A stretch of DNA of 62,320 bases, the filler included. It is 5 parts of 5 records of this genome, joined end to end, with 100 filler letters (N's around TTAATTAATTAA, not from the genome) between each part and the next. Parts side by side here need not be neighbours in the genome. Positions count along the whole stretch, not along the records: positions 1 to 16,118 come from SRR2962707_5379; positions 16,219 to 26,879 come from SRR2962707_5380; 3 more parts are not named here. One strand, given 5' to 3'. How positions within the stretch are numbered: position 1 is the first letter of the stretch; every line of letters starts with the position of its first letter. The notes below the pieces were generated by a model that did not search any database, was not told the origin of the DNA, and saw only the letters and a list, made by a program, of their open reading frames with translations. Positions 10,293 to 22,400 of this stretch are shown piece after piece. Both the position numbers and the translations under genes were made by a program.

Positions 10293-12938
10293 TTAACCGG
10301 TATTTCGCATACCGGCAGAAATTCCGGCCATGGTCACCTTCAGCGCCCTCTCGACCAATTCCGGCACCTTTCCAGCCCCCTCGCTTTCCCGGTCACGCCT
10401 GAGTAATTCTGCCTGCAGATAGTGCAGCGGATCAGTGTAGGGATTCCGGACTTTCATTGAATGGGCAAACACCGGCTCCTGCTCCAGCAGAGTCTGTTGC
10501 TGTTTAAGCTCCAGCAGACGCTCAATGCAGCCCTGCAAACGCTGCCTCAGGCTCTGGCCAAGCGCCAGCAAGTGCTCGTCCTCAACCAGGGTCTGCTCGT
10601 AATAGCTGGCAATACGCAAATCTGCCTTGGCGAGGACCATTTCCAGCATATCCACGTAGGTGCGGAAGAACGGCCAGCCCTGCATCATCTCCCGCAGTTC
10701 GGGCAGGCGGTCCGCCTGGGCCGCCTGTTCGAGGGCAACATCACTGCCCAGCCAGCTTGGCAGCATCAACCGCATCTGGGTCCAGGCAAAAATCCACGGA
10801 ATGGCTCTCAGGCTTTCAACGCCCCCTGTGGCCTTGCGCCGGGCCGGCCGGCTGCCAAGGGCAAGTTTACCCAGAGCCGTTTCCGGTGTGACCTGGCGGA
10901 AGTAAGGCACAAAATCCGGATTCTCACGGACCACCTCACGGTAGGACCGCAGCGAACGCTCGGTCAGCCAGTCCATCACCTCGCGCCACTCATCCTTTGG
11001 CACAGGTGGTGGCGCCAGGGTCGCCTCAATCACCGCGGTGGTGTACAAGGTCAGACTCTGCACCGCCAGCCTCGGCAGACCAAATTTAAAGCGGATCATC
11101 TCGCCCTGCTCGGTAATCCGGAAGCTGCCGTTCACCGAGCCCGGCGGCTGGGACAGAATCGCCCGATTCGCCGGACCACCGCCCCGGCCCACGGTGCCGC
11201 CGCGACCATGAAACAGAGTCAGATGCACTCCATATCGATTGGCCACTTCGGTCAACTTCTCCTGGGCCTGGTACTGGGCCCAGGCCGCCATCAACTGGCC
11301 GGCATCTTTGGAGGAGTCTGAATAGCCGATCATGACTTCCTGGCGTCCGCTGCAGTATTCCCGATACCAGTCCACCTCGTACAGGGCCGCCATACTGTCG
11401 GGAGCCCCCTTGAGATCATCCAACGTTTCGAACAGCGGCACAACGCGCATGGGGAAAGCCATCCCCGCTTCCCGCAGCAGCAAAATCACGTTTAAAACGT
11501 CCGAGGGCTTGCTGGCCATGGAAATGACGTAGGAACCCAGGGCTTCCGGTGTCTGGCCTGCGACCACCTCGCAGGTTGCCAGCACCTCCCGCACCGGCTC
11601 GGAGGGTTGCCAATTCCGGGGCACCAGGGGGCGCCGCCCTTTCAGTTCCTTGACCAGAAACGCCTGGCGCTCCTGTTCCGACCAGGACAGATAGTCACCC
11701 AACCCCAGGTAGTTCACCATCTCTGCCACCGCCTCGGCGTGGCGTGAGGCCTCCTGGCGGATATCCAGTCGGATCAGTGGCAGGCCGAAGGTGTGAGCCC
11801 GGCGAATGGTATCCAGCAGCGGACCATTGGCAATGGTCTCCAGCCCGCACTCCATCAGGGAGCGATAGCACAATTCCAAAGGCCCGGTCAGATCCTCGTT
11901 CTCAAACAGAATGCCCGAATCGTCCGCCGGCTCGCCCTTGACGCTGGCCTCGGCCCAGTCCCGGGTCTTGATCAGGCGTTCCCTCAACTGGGCCAGCACC
12001 TGGCGATACGGCTCCCGGGAATCTCCCACCTCGGCCCGCAATTCATCGCTTGCCTGCCACATGGAGAGCTCCGCTCTCAGCGCCTGGATATCGCGCAGAT
12101 AGAGATCTGCGGCCATCCAGCGACCAAGCAGAAACACTTCCCGGGTCACTTCGTGGGTGACATTGGGGTTGCCATCACGGTCTCCCCCCATCCACGAGGC
12201 AATTCGGATCGGCGACACCTGCAACGGAAGCCCCTGACCGGTCGCCTCCGACAGCGAGGTGTCCAGGCTACGGAGAAATTTCGGCAGCGCCTGCCAGAGA
12301 CTGTTCTCGATAACGGCGAAGCCCCACTTGGCCTCGTCCACGGCGGTCGGCCTTTCATGCCGAATCTCGTCGGTATGCCAAGCCTCGGCAATCAACAGCG
12401 ACAACCGGTCAACAATTTCCTCCCGTTCACCGGGCATCAGGTCGTCATGATCCAGCCTCGACAGGCAATCGGACATTTCATCGTACTTGAGGATCAATGT
12501 ACGCCGGGCCACTTCGGTGGGGTGCGCGGTGAGCACAAACTCTATGCGTAAATCTGCAACCTTCCGATGCAACTCTTGCGGGTCTATCCCCCCGGACTTC
12601 AGCCGATCAAACACGTCCCCCAGGGATTCCACCATCAGATCTGACGGATGCCCCTGCTTGCGACGAATTCCGTGGTACTGCTCAGCGAGGTTGGCAAGGT
12701 TGAGAAACTGGTTAAAGGCTCGGGTCACCGGTAACAGCTCATCATCGCTGAGCTGGCCCAGGAGCTTCACCAGGCGTTGTCCGGAACCGCTTTCCTGGCG
12801 CCGGTCAGCCTTGGCGGCGGCGCGGATTTCTTCAATGCGGTCGTAGCAGTCCTGTCCGGGGAATCGGAGTATGCTCTGGCCAAGCAGATCGCCCAGCAAA
12901 CGTACGTTTTCTCGAAGATCCGGGTGCAGTTCGGTCAC
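10293..12938 (-). CDS. ppc: Phosphoenolpyruvate carboxylase
   Basis: VLTAHPTE, SWMGGDRDGNP, VMIGYSDSSKD, FHGRGGTVGRGG, LRAIPW and C-terminal GMRNTG. Confidence 0.98.
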   Translation of the reverse strand: MTELHPDLRENVRLLGDLLGQSILRFPGQDCYDRIEEIRAAAKADRRQESGSGQRLVKLLGQLSDDELLPVTRAFNQFLNLANLAEQYHGIRRKQGHPSDLMVESLGDVFDRLKSGGIDPQELHRKVADLRIEFVLTAHPTEVARRTLILKYDEMSDCLSRLDHDDLMPGEREEIVDRLSLLIAEAWHTDEIRHERPTAVDEAKWGFAVIENSLWQALPKFLRSLDTSLSEATGQGLPLQVSPIRIASWMGGDRDGNPNVTHEVTREVFLLGRWMAADLYLRDIQALRAELSMWQASDELRAEVGDSREPYRQVLAQLRERLIKTRDWAEASVKGEPADDSGILFENEDLTGPLELCYRSLMECGLETIANGPLLDTIRRAHTFGLPLIRLDIRQEASRHAEAVAEMVNYLGLGDYLSWSEQERQAFLVKELKGRRPLVPRNWQPSEPVREVLATCEVVAGQTPEALGSYVISMASKPSDVLNVILLLREAGMAFPMRVVPLFETLDDLKGAPDSMAALYEVDWYREYCSGRQEVMIGYSDSSKDAGQLMAAWAQYQAQEKLTEVANRYGVHLTLFHGRGGTVGRGGGPANRAILSQPPGSVNGSFRITEQGEMIRFKFGLPRLAVQSLTLYTTAVIEATLAPPPVPKDEWREVMDWLTERSLRSYREVVRENPDFVPYFRQVTPETALGKLALGSRPARRKATGGVESLRAIPWIFAWTQMRLMLPSWLGSDVALEQAAQADRLPELREMMQGWPFFRTYVDMLEMVLAKADLRIASYYEQTLVEDEHLLALGQSLRQRLQGCIERLLELKQQQTLLEQEPVFAHSMKVRNPYTDPLHYLQAELLRRDRESEGAGKVPELVERALKVTMAGISAGMRNTG

Positions 12939-13040
12939 GGCAGGTTCCTTCTGAATTGACGGAAACAATCTAAACTTACGATACTAGGGAGCAACGCAGA
13001 AAGTCTATTGACGATTCAACCACTTCGCTCAGGAGCTGAC

Positions 13041-13277
13041 ATGAAAGTGACCGAACTGCCCCAGCATTGGGAAAAGGAAAAACAGGCCCAGGAGCGCAGC
13101 CATGAATACAACCTGCGCCTGCCTCTGGAAGATGCCGCACGGATTGCGGCCCTGGCGGAACTCTACCCGGACCGGAGCGAAAGTGAGATCCTGAACGACA
13201 TGATTGCCGCCGCTCTGGACGACCTGATCAGCCAGGGCCCGCTGAAAGACCGATTGGCAGAACAGAAGAAGTCGTAA
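13041..13277 (+). CDS. Small RHH-like protein, short paralogue of 13349-13693
   Basis: AGGAG RBS; MKVTELPQHWEK..LAELYP..MIAAALDDL aligns with the convergent neighbour. Confidence 0.75.
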   Translation: MKVTELPQHWEKEKQAQERSHEYNLRLPLEDAARIAALAELYPDRSESEILNDMIAAALDDLISQGPLKDRLAEQKKS

Positions 13278-13281
13278 TACA

Positions 13282-13316
13282 AACAACAACGCCGGGCTGA
13301 GCCCGGCGTTGTTGTT
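13282..13316. terminator. Bidirectional terminator between the convergent paralogues
   Basis: Perfect 16-bp inverted repeat AACAACAACGCCGGGC-TGA-GCCCGGCGTTGTTGTT. Confidence 0.75.
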
Positions 13317-13348
13317 ACAGAATCTATGGCAATGGGTGTTGGCAACCG

Positions 13349-13693
13349 TCAGGCAACCGACTCCAACTGGCGGGCCTTGAGGCGCTTGATGTGTTTCTGG
13401 CTCAGGGCAACGAATTGCGGCGTCAGGCCTTTGTCCTCATAGATTTCAAAGCCATCCTCGTCGTAAGCCACAACCTTCTCACCCTGAACGTAGGGGAAAC
13501 TGGTTTCCAGCTCGTCGAGAGCGGCGGAGATCAGATCCCGCATCAGATCCTGAGTGGACTTCATCGGATACAGTGCCGCAAGCTTCTGCAAACGGTCATG
13601 ATGCTGGTCAGCCAAAGACAGATAGGCGGCATCCCGGGTCAGTCTTCCACGGCCGTGTTTATCCCAGTGCTTGACCAGATCTTTGATCTTCAT
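13349..13693 (-). CDS. Conserved gammaproteobacterial small protein (often labelled 'pilin assembly protein'; RHH-like)
   Basis: MKIKDLVKHWDK..LAALYP..LISAALDELETSFPYVQG..DEDGFEIYEDKGLTP. Confidence 0.75.
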   Translation of the reverse strand: MKIKDLVKHWDKHGRGRLTRDAAYLSLADQHHDRLQKLAALYPMKSTQDLMRDLISAALDELETSFPYVQGEKVVAYDEDGFEIYEDKGLTPQFVALSQKHIKRLKARQLESVA

Positions 13694-13841
13694 GGTGCCT
13701 TCACTCCTGCATCTTGTTTGATGGCACAACGCACTTTTTCAGTGCGACTGTTCCCGGAAGTGTAGACGAAGAATGACAGGCCGGTGACGGAAAATTGGTA
13801 ACGGATTGTACCTATCGGTGACGGTTTCCAGTTCCGCTTCC

Positions 13842-14681
13842 CTACTCCTTTTCCACCCCTTTCACGCTCTGCCACACGGCATCCAGCGCTTCCAGGGTTT
13901 CTTCATCCAGATTACGACCTTCTTTTTCCAGCACCCGCTCAATGGCACGGAACCGGGCATCAAACTTGTGATTGGTTCGCTTCAGGGCCTGCTCGGGATT
14001 TACTTTCAGGAAACGTGCCAGATTTACGCAAACAAACAGCAGGTCACCCAGCTCGTCCTCAACCGCATCCAGATCTCCGGTACCGGCCTCGGCCATTTGC
14101 CAGGCTTCCTTCAGCTCGTCGATCTCTTCGTGAAGTTTGTCGAACACCGGGCCGATATTCGGCCAGTCGAAGCCATGCCGGGCCGCACGCCGTTGCAGTT
14201 TTTCCGCCCGGGCCATGGCCGGCAGGGTGCGGGCAATACCGTCCAGACGGCTGGCCGGAGTATTCGCCACCGGTTTCTCAGCACGCTCCTCGGCCTTGAT
14301 GCGCTCCCAGCTTTCCTTGATCCAGGCTTCGTCGGGTCGATTATCCGGATCGATACGGCTCTCCAGCGTGCCCCCCGGAAACACGTGGGGATGGCGCCGA
14401 ACCAGCTTGCGAACCAAATGGTCAACAATGCCATCAAACTCAAAGTGTCCGGCTTCTTCTCCCATGCGGGCATAGAAGATGACCTGGAAAAGAAGATCTC
14501 CCAGTTCGTCTTTCAGATGTGGGAAATCCTCCTGCTCGATGGCATCAGCGACTTCGTAAGCTTCTTCAATCGTGTGGGGCACGATGCTGGCAAAGGTCTG
14601 TTTGGTGTCCCAGGGGCAACCGGTGTCCGGATCCCGGAGCCGGGCCATCAGGTGTTTCAGATCTTCGATGCTGTAACTCAT
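13842..14681 (-). CDS. mazG: Nucleoside triphosphate pyrophosphohydrolase MazG
   Basis: LRDPDTGCPWD, EEAYEVADAI, two ELGDLLF motifs and RRHPHVF; follows relA. Confidence 0.96.
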   Translation of the reverse strand: MSYSIEDLKHLMARLRDPDTGCPWDTKQTFASIVPHTIEEAYEVADAIEQEDFPHLKDELGDLLFQVIFYARMGEEAGHFEFDGIVDHLVRKLVRRHPHVFPGGTLESRIDPDNRPDEAWIKESWERIKAEERAEKPVANTPASRLDGIARTLPAMARAEKLQRRAARHGFDWPNIGPVFDKLHEEIDELKEAWQMAEAGTGDLDAVEDELGDLLFVCVNLARFLKVNPEQALKRTNHKFDARFRAIERVLEKEGRNLDEETLEALDAVWQSVKGVEKE

Positions 14682-16118
14682 CCGCGTTTCCGCCTTACGT
14701 CGATGATGTTCGGCAGGTTCCGAATCTGGGCCAGCAGCCGCGCCAACTGCTCCAGGCTGGAGATTTCCACCGTCACCCGCATAGTGGCCGTGTTTTCGTC
14801 TTTGTTGGTCACGGTATTGAGAGACAACACATCACTGCGGGACGAAGACAGCACCTGGGTGATGTCTCGCAGCAGACCGGATCGATCATAGGCCTCGATT
14901 TCGATATCCACCGGATAGACCGCCGCAGGCTGCCCGCCCCAGTTCACTTCAATGATGCGGTTCGGTTCAAATTCCCGCAGGTTCAGGAACGTGAGGCAGT
15001 CCTGGCGATGCACGGTCACGCCGCGGCCCACGGTGATATAGCCTCCGATCGGGTCGCCGGGCAGCGGTTTGCAGCACTTGGCCACCTGGGTTTTCAGCTT
15101 GCCAACACCAAGTATCTGGATATCGGATTCAGTGTCGTAGGGCTTTTTCCGGTTCGGGGTCAGCTTAAGGTCCAGCTGTTCGGACCGGGGCTCCAACAGT
15201 TGCTGAGCCACATTGGCCACATGAGTAGGCCGCAGGTCTCCCGCCCCGATGGCGGCAAACATATCATCAATGCTGTGGTAGTTGACCTTGGCCGCCAGTT
15301 GTTCCAGCTCCACATCAAACAGCGACAGGCGCTTGAACTCATCTTCCAGAATAGCGCGGCCGTCAATGACATTGCGGTCACGGTTCTGCTGTTTGAACCA
15401 GTGTGTAACCTTCGCTCGGGCCCTGGACGTCTGAATATAGCCCAGGCTCGGGTTGAGCCAGTCCCTGCTGGGAGCCGGATTATTGGAAGTCAGAATAAAT
15501 ACCTGATCCCCGGTCTTGAGCGGGTAGGTCAGCGGAACGATGCGGCTGTTCACCCTGGCACCCCGGCAGGCATGACCAATTTCGGTATGCACCCGGTAGG
15601 CAAAATCCACCGGCGTGGCGCCCTGGGGCAGGTCTACCACATGGCCTTCCGGCGTAAACACATACACCCGGTCTGAGGCCACGTCGGATTTCAGGTGATC
15701 CGCCAGTCCGGAAATGTCACCCAGTTCCTCCTGCCATTCCAGAACCTGGCGCAACCAGTTGATCTTGGCGTCGTAGCCGGTGGATTTGTTCCTGGTATCG
15801 GTGCCCTTGTACAGCCAGTGGGCACACACACCCAGCTCCGCTTCTTCATGCATGGCATGGGTACGAATCTGCACCTCCATGACCTTGCCTTCCGGGCCGA
15901 TCACAGCCGTGTGCAGCGACTGGTAACCATTCTCCTTGGGGTTGGCAATGTAGTCATCAAACTCGTTGGGAATGTGGCGCCACAGGGTGTGAACAATCCC
16001 CAGCGCGCCATAGCAATCACGCACTTCCGGCACCAGAATGCGTACGGCACGGACATCGTATACCTGGGAAAAATCGATTCCCTTACGACGCATCTTCCGC
16101 CAGATACTGTAGATGTGC
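14678..16118 (-). CDS. relA: GTP diphosphokinase RelA, 5'-truncated at the contig edge
   Basis: YDVRAVRI, PKENGYQSLHT, EVQIRT, TGS (TPVDFAYRVHT), CCKP and ACT (DRSGLLRDI); relA-mazG order. Confidence 0.95.
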
Positions 16119-16218
16119 NNNNNNNNNNNNNNNNNNNNNNNNNNNNNNNNNNNNNNNNNNNNTTAATTAATTAANNNNNNNNNNNNNNNNNNNNNNNNNN
16201 NNNNNNNNNNNNNNNNNN
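16119..16218. other. Artificial contig linker
   Basis: N44-TTAATTAATTAA-N44 (stops in all six frames); the organism changes across it. Confidence 0.99.
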
Positions 16219-16248
16219 CGTGTGCGTGCGTGCGTGCGTGTGTGCGTG
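16219..16248. repeat. (GTGC)n/(GT)n microsatellite at the contig start
   Basis: cgtgtgcgtgcgtgcgtgcgtgtgtgcgtg. Confidence 0.85.
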
Positions 16249-16434
16249 GCGATCAGGTGGATTATTAATAGGGTGCTGTGCAATCGAGCGCAGGTGGTTG
16301 GCTGTTTGTGTTTTCAATGTGACGACACCCAGTGTGCCTTGAATTGGAGCCCGCCCGGTGGTGTTTCTGTGATCGGTGATGATTCCCTGGTAAAGATTTT
16401 GAGAAAAGTTGGAGAGGTGTCTGAGCAGCTGGCA

Positions 16435-19400
16435 ATGGCGAGTCACAGCTCTACAGCGACGACGCGGACCTTTAAGCGAGGGCGGTCTCTGCAAGGGTGG
16501 ATCGTCTTCCTGGTTGTATGCTTGCTGGCCGTATCTGCCCAGTTCATGTGTGTGGAGGGTGGCCTGCGTGACAAGATTAAGAAACGGCTCAAGCTGAAGA
16601 AGGCCAAGAACGCTCAAAGGCCAGCGCGTGAGCCAGATGAACCATCTGCGGCCGAAAATGAGCGGTCAACGCAAGACCACGGCAACGAGCAAAATGCCTC
16701 GGTTTCAGGAGCGCCAGCCGTCACGAAGGCGGAAGGCAACTCTGCGCTGGAACAAGAACAAGAAATCGAGAAAGCCGAAGAAGAATTGGCCTCAATCGCA
16801 ACTGGAACTGTTGCTGATGTTGACCCAAATGCGCTGCCCGACTCTTGGTACGAATACGACACAGCTGAAGGGAAAAAATACTACTACAACCCAGACAGTG
16901 GTGTAACGCAATGGGAGCGACCGTGCCTTGTCCGGGAAGACGATGCAATCCCAACGTCAGTACCTCCGGGCTCAGTGGCGACGTTCGATCGATGTGGGAC
17001 TTGCGGTGGTGATGGACAGTCCTGCACTGGCTGCTTGTCAAGAGCGGCTGCAAATTATGATCCTTCTATGAAATTCCACAACGAGAGCAAGTGCTTGTTT
17101 CCTCGGCCGCCGAGCACGCCGGCACCGCCACAGGAAGGAATTCAAGGCAATGGCAAACGCATTGACGCCGAAAACAACTCTGTTGTGCAGTATCCTGACA
17201 CCGAGTTGCCTGCACAAGCACAATCCACGCACCAGACTGCGACTGAGCAACAGGTGCACGGTCCGGATACTGACGCGAGTTCGGTTCTGTCGGGATGCGG
17301 AAATACCAGCGCGTGCAACTTTGATGCGCGTGCAGAAGTGCACATTGAATCGGCTTGCATCTTCCCCCTGCACGGATTTGACTGCGCAGGCAATTGTGCT
17401 GCTGGCCTGGACTGCAGTGGACTGTGCGGTGGAGCGAACACCTCTTGCGGGTGCATGGATCGGCGCGCGTAAGTTCGACGTGTGCTCTGTTGGGTGTTTG
17501 TATGCCGTTCGTTCCACATCATGCTGTTCTGATTGATTGTTTCTCCATTTCGACACACCTGCATTGGCGATTGCATTGCCTCAGGTGCAACTTTGTCTGG
17601 AATGCCACCACCAATGTTGTTGATGGCCAGCCAGCGCATTGTGTTTTCAAAGACGTCTGTCAGGTACATTGTTGTGTTGGTACTTTTATTCTGTGCAGTA
17701 TACCCATCGTGCAATCAGAACCAGTGTTCATCATAGACCATTTCGACGCTAGGTCTGCGGTGGTGACAACTCGAGTTGCGCAGTTGGGGACAATTCGCGG
17801 TGCAATGACAAACTTGCTTGCAATTTCCAACCCTCCACTTTCGATCCACTGGATGGCGGAGTGAACCGTTCTTTGGACTGTGTTTACGCTCCCAGGGGCT
17901 ATGCCTGCTCTGGACGGTGCGAACTCCGCAGAGACTGCCGAGGAGTATGTGGTGGAAATGCGCGCAAAGACCGTTGTGGGGTGTGTGAGGGTGACGGCCA
18001 GTCTTGCTTTGGATGCAAGGACGCGCGGGCATGTAATTTCAACCCATCTGCGACCAAAACCAGGCGTGGAATTTGCCGGTACGTTTCGCTAAACCCCTTG
18101 ACTCGCGTTTAGAAAACGCCAACCAAATGCATCATTCCCTCGCACACTGATATTCTCTGTGCAGGTATGCGGCAGCGTTTCACGACTGCGATGGGAAGTG
18201 TTTAGTTCCTGTCGACTGCCTCGGTAATTGCGGTGGACAAACGAAAGTCGATCGTTGCGGTGTGTGCGGTGGCGACGGCATGTCTTGCGCAGGCTGCCTT
18301 GATTCGATTGCGTGTAACTACAATAGCGGTTTTCTTTTTGACAACCCAGCATCCTGCCGGTGAGTGCTTTTCATCATTCCAGAATTCGTTTCTGTCCCAT
18401 TCCCATGCGTGAACACAGGACACGACATATTTGTTCGTGATTGTGCTGGGTGTAGGTATCCAGAGCCTAAGTACGACTGCCACGGTGAGTGTATGGAGAC
18501 TGAAGACCGGTGCGGGGTCTGTGGCGGCGACAACTCTACTTGTGGATGCACTGATTCCTTCAGCTGCAACTACAACCCTACAGCAACAAATGATGATGGA
18601 AGCTGCCGGTTCGTTTCCGTCGCCAATTCTAGTAGAAAAATGTTTGCCCAACGTGAGTTTTCTGATTTTTTGGCATTTCTGAAGGTACCCACTCCATTCA
18701 AATGTCTCCTGCGATGGAACTTGCCTGGTGGACATGGATTGCAATGGAGTGTGTGGTGGCGGTGCCAAAGCAGATGTTTGTGGAGTCTGCGAGGGTGATG
18801 GAAGTTCTTGTGAGTTTTGCCCCGATCTGTGCACCACGGGTCGGTACAGCCCATCCAGACCATGCAGAACCCAGGTATGTGTTTCAGCAAGCACCGAGAG
18901 CTCCTTTTTATTTATTGTTGCGTTGACTGCTGTGCTTTGTCAAACGCATCCAGGTTTCTGTATGGGGGTGGTGCCAAGCTTCGCACCCAAGCGATCCTAT
19001 CGGCCTGGAACTCCAGCCTGGTCTGGACGAAATGGACAAAGCAGCTCAGGTGCTCAGCATTCGTCAGCGCGAGATCAGTGGCGAGTTACTATCTTGCGCA
19101 CGCTGCAAGCCGGCCCTTGCTGATGCAGTGATGCTTGCCGTTGAGCCGTCATCTATCATGGACGACTGCTGGGACACGGACATGTGCACTTGTTCCGGTG
19201 ACTTTGCGTTGCGTCCTGCATTTCGCACGCCGACGAACGCATCGTGCCTTGCTGAATGCGTCGAAGATCCGACATGCGGGTACGCACTTTGTGCCAGCGT
19301 AATTTTGTTGTTCGGTGCCACGCAAGCATGAACTTCACGTGTGCGTCCGACACGGTACCCTGTGAGCTTCAACAGTTTTCAGATTGATTCTTGATGGTTG

Positions 19401-22400
19401 ATTTTATTGATTGATCGTTGGCCAGATATGCCTTCGTCGAGCGTGCAGGTTGTCATTTGTACTTCGACTGCCTTTATTCGCGCACACCGTTGAACCCGGG
19501 GACTACGTTTAGGCGCGCCGATTGGGAGTCGATTGCTCACGGGTGCACAAACAGCGCCGCATGCAACTACAATTCGTCCGTAAATCACGATGATGGAACG
19601 TGCTCTTTTCCGCTCGTTAATTACGATTGTGATGGGAAATGTGCAGTGCAGCTTGATTGCCACGGCATATGTGGTGGAAACGCTAGAATGGACGCTTGCG
19701 GGGTGTGTGATGGGGGGAATTCTTCGTGCGGGGGCTGCACTGATCCTCGTGCATGCAACTTCCGCAAGGCAGCAACTGTGGACGATGGAACATGCTACTA
19801 CGCAACGGACAAGATTAATTGTGAAGGAGCTTGCTTGGTTCACACCGATTGCAATGGCGTGTGTGGCGGTAGTGCCGAATACGATCGGTGCAACGTTTGC
19901 GACGGCGACGGTCAGGTGTGTCACTTGGCGCCAATTGAATTGTTGTGCCTTCAACCGAATGCCTCCTCCAGATACTCCAACTTGGTTTCATTGTGTTTCT
20001 GTGTTTCCAATAGTCTTGCATCGTGGACTACATGCGTCCCGATTCGTCTCTGGCGACAACACCCGCGTGCAAGCGTAGGGGTATGGAGAGCATGTGCACA
20101 TGCTCGTTGGAGTACGCCCTTCACTTTGTTATGCAAATGCCGTTGATGGTCAAGAAGGTGAACATGCTCATTCCCTCCACAAGGGACAAGTGCGTCGCGA
20201 CGTGTTTGCAAAAGAAGGATTGCAAGCATGCCTTCTTCATGGAAGGAGCAAAAACATGTTATCTCTACTCAGAATGCCCAACGGAATCACTCCGGTATGC
20301 CTCTGGCCCTGGAGAATCGCTTGTGAAAGCCAGTGGGTTAGCTGGTTGCAAGGACTCCGCCGGGTGCAACTACTCCCCGCTCGCGCAGCTCCGCAATGAC
20401 TCCTTGTGCCGGTAGGTTAATGGCGCAGCTTCACGTTTTTGGCACACGAGCGGATTCAATGACGTCCAGTTTCGTCTCACCCCTTTCGAAACTTTTACTG
20501 CGGTGTGTAGGTACCCGCAACAGTTTCACGACTGCAACGGTGTTTGCGTTGGAGGCTTTGACTGTGCTGGGGTGTGCGGGGGCAACGCTGTGCACGACCT
20601 GTGTGGTGTCTGCGGCGGGGACAGCACGTCGTGTGGTCACAGTGACATGGCTCTGTTCAACGTTGAGCATGAGCGACGACTGGCGTGCAACGAAGCCCGT
20701 GGGATCGAAATGAATGCAACAGAGGTAGATGTAGTGGGCACAGCCAGAACCATCACCGATGAATCCGACATGCCTCCACCGCCTCCGGACGACCGGAAGT
20801 GCGCCTGCGCTTCCCCCTTTCAAAGGTTCAAATTGAAGCTTTTTCCAAATATGGACCAACGCGAGTGTGCTGCGCGTTGCTTAGCGGAGCCGCGCTGCGA
20901 CGTCCAGGTTTAGGCGCATTTGCAGTGCGCAAGCAGCTTTATGTTCGTCTCCGTGGAGAATTTTTGCTTGATTTTTGTGTCGACTCTGGTGTTTGATTGC
21001 CAGTCTTTCGACGTCGAGTATTGCTCACTCTTTAAAGACTGTAATCGTGTCCATCTCACCACGCGAGGCGAACTGCGCACATTCAAAAAAGCATGGCAAG
21101 GCTGTACCGATGCTGAGGCATGCAACTTTTTTCCACTGGCCACGATCGAAAATGGTATGTATCAATGACCTGCTTTAGCTAGCACAGCTGTCCATGAGCC
21201 GAGTTAATATCATGTTTGTCTCCAGGCACGTGTACCTATCGAGAGCCACTTCGTGCATGCGATGGCAGCTGTCTTGTGGAAGTGGACTGCGCTGGAAACT
21301 GTGGTGGAAATCTTGTCAACGACCGTTGCGGTGTTTGCGGTGGCAACGGAATGTCTTGCGTTGGCTGTTTGGATCAGAAAGCTTGCAATTTTGACTCAAC
21401 GCTGGCTCTGCACGATGAGAGCATGTGTGTATTTCGAAAGCCTTTTCACGACTGCAATGGGAGGTGCGAACGAGAAATCGATTGTGAAGGGACATGCGGT
21501 GGGATCAAAACAGTAGACAAGTGTGGGGTCTGCGGAGGTGACAGCACATCCTGTGACTTCGGGCTATTGGAAAAAAGCATGGAGGAAGCAACAAGAAGAG
21601 ACGAAGCTGCCCGAGAGGCCCGTCGGGTGGCATCAGCCAAGCAGCGGACTCAAATTGGACAGCTTGAGGCGCAAGTTGCAGCGCTCACAGCGGCGCTTGG
21701 AGACAATGATCCCACCGGAGCAATTGAAATGTTGCGAACAACCATCACTACGATGAAGCAAGAATTGTCGGAAGTGGAAGCAACGAACGCCGACGCCTCC
21801 GATGAGTCGCTAACTTTGAACCACACTTCTGACAACAACGCTTGTAGTGCGAATGATTGCCATGGGTATGCTCGGGATCATGTCAAGAATGAGTTCCCCC
21901 AACCGTTGTGTCTGCTGTATGACAGAGCGTTGCACCATCTTTGTTGTGTCAGGTACTCGTGCGATCAGTGGATTTTAAGTTTTCAGACCTCTTGCGCAGT
22001 TCTTGAACAAGACTTTGCGTGCAGCTGCGACGGTTGCCGTGGCTGCGCTGGTGCCGGAGCTGGCACACATCGCGGATCAATCGACGAGAGTGCGATCGCA
22101 GCATTTGCAGTTAAAGGAGGTGAAGCGAGCGTGTCATCGATGGATGAACATCTCCCTGATGGATGGTTCTCGGCAATTGACGCAGGCTCTGGACGACAGT
22201 ATGTTTTTGCGTGGCTCGGGACAAAACTAAGTTGCTCAACTGTGGGGTTGCTGACGTTGACAAACTTGTTGACGCATTAGGTATTTTTACAACGCAGCTG
22301 GAGAAACTCGCTGGGACCGACCATCCACCCCAGTCCCAGGTGACGGCGGGAGTGGATCTAGTTCTGCAGTTGATGTTTCCGAGCAGGAAGCTTCAGCGTC

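Noticed and set aside
21866-21952. Stop-free in-frame introns (also 59789-59890) as alternative exons
   Set aside because: They have normal donors and acceptors, and one or two such introns among 30 short ones is expected by chance; RNA data would be needed.
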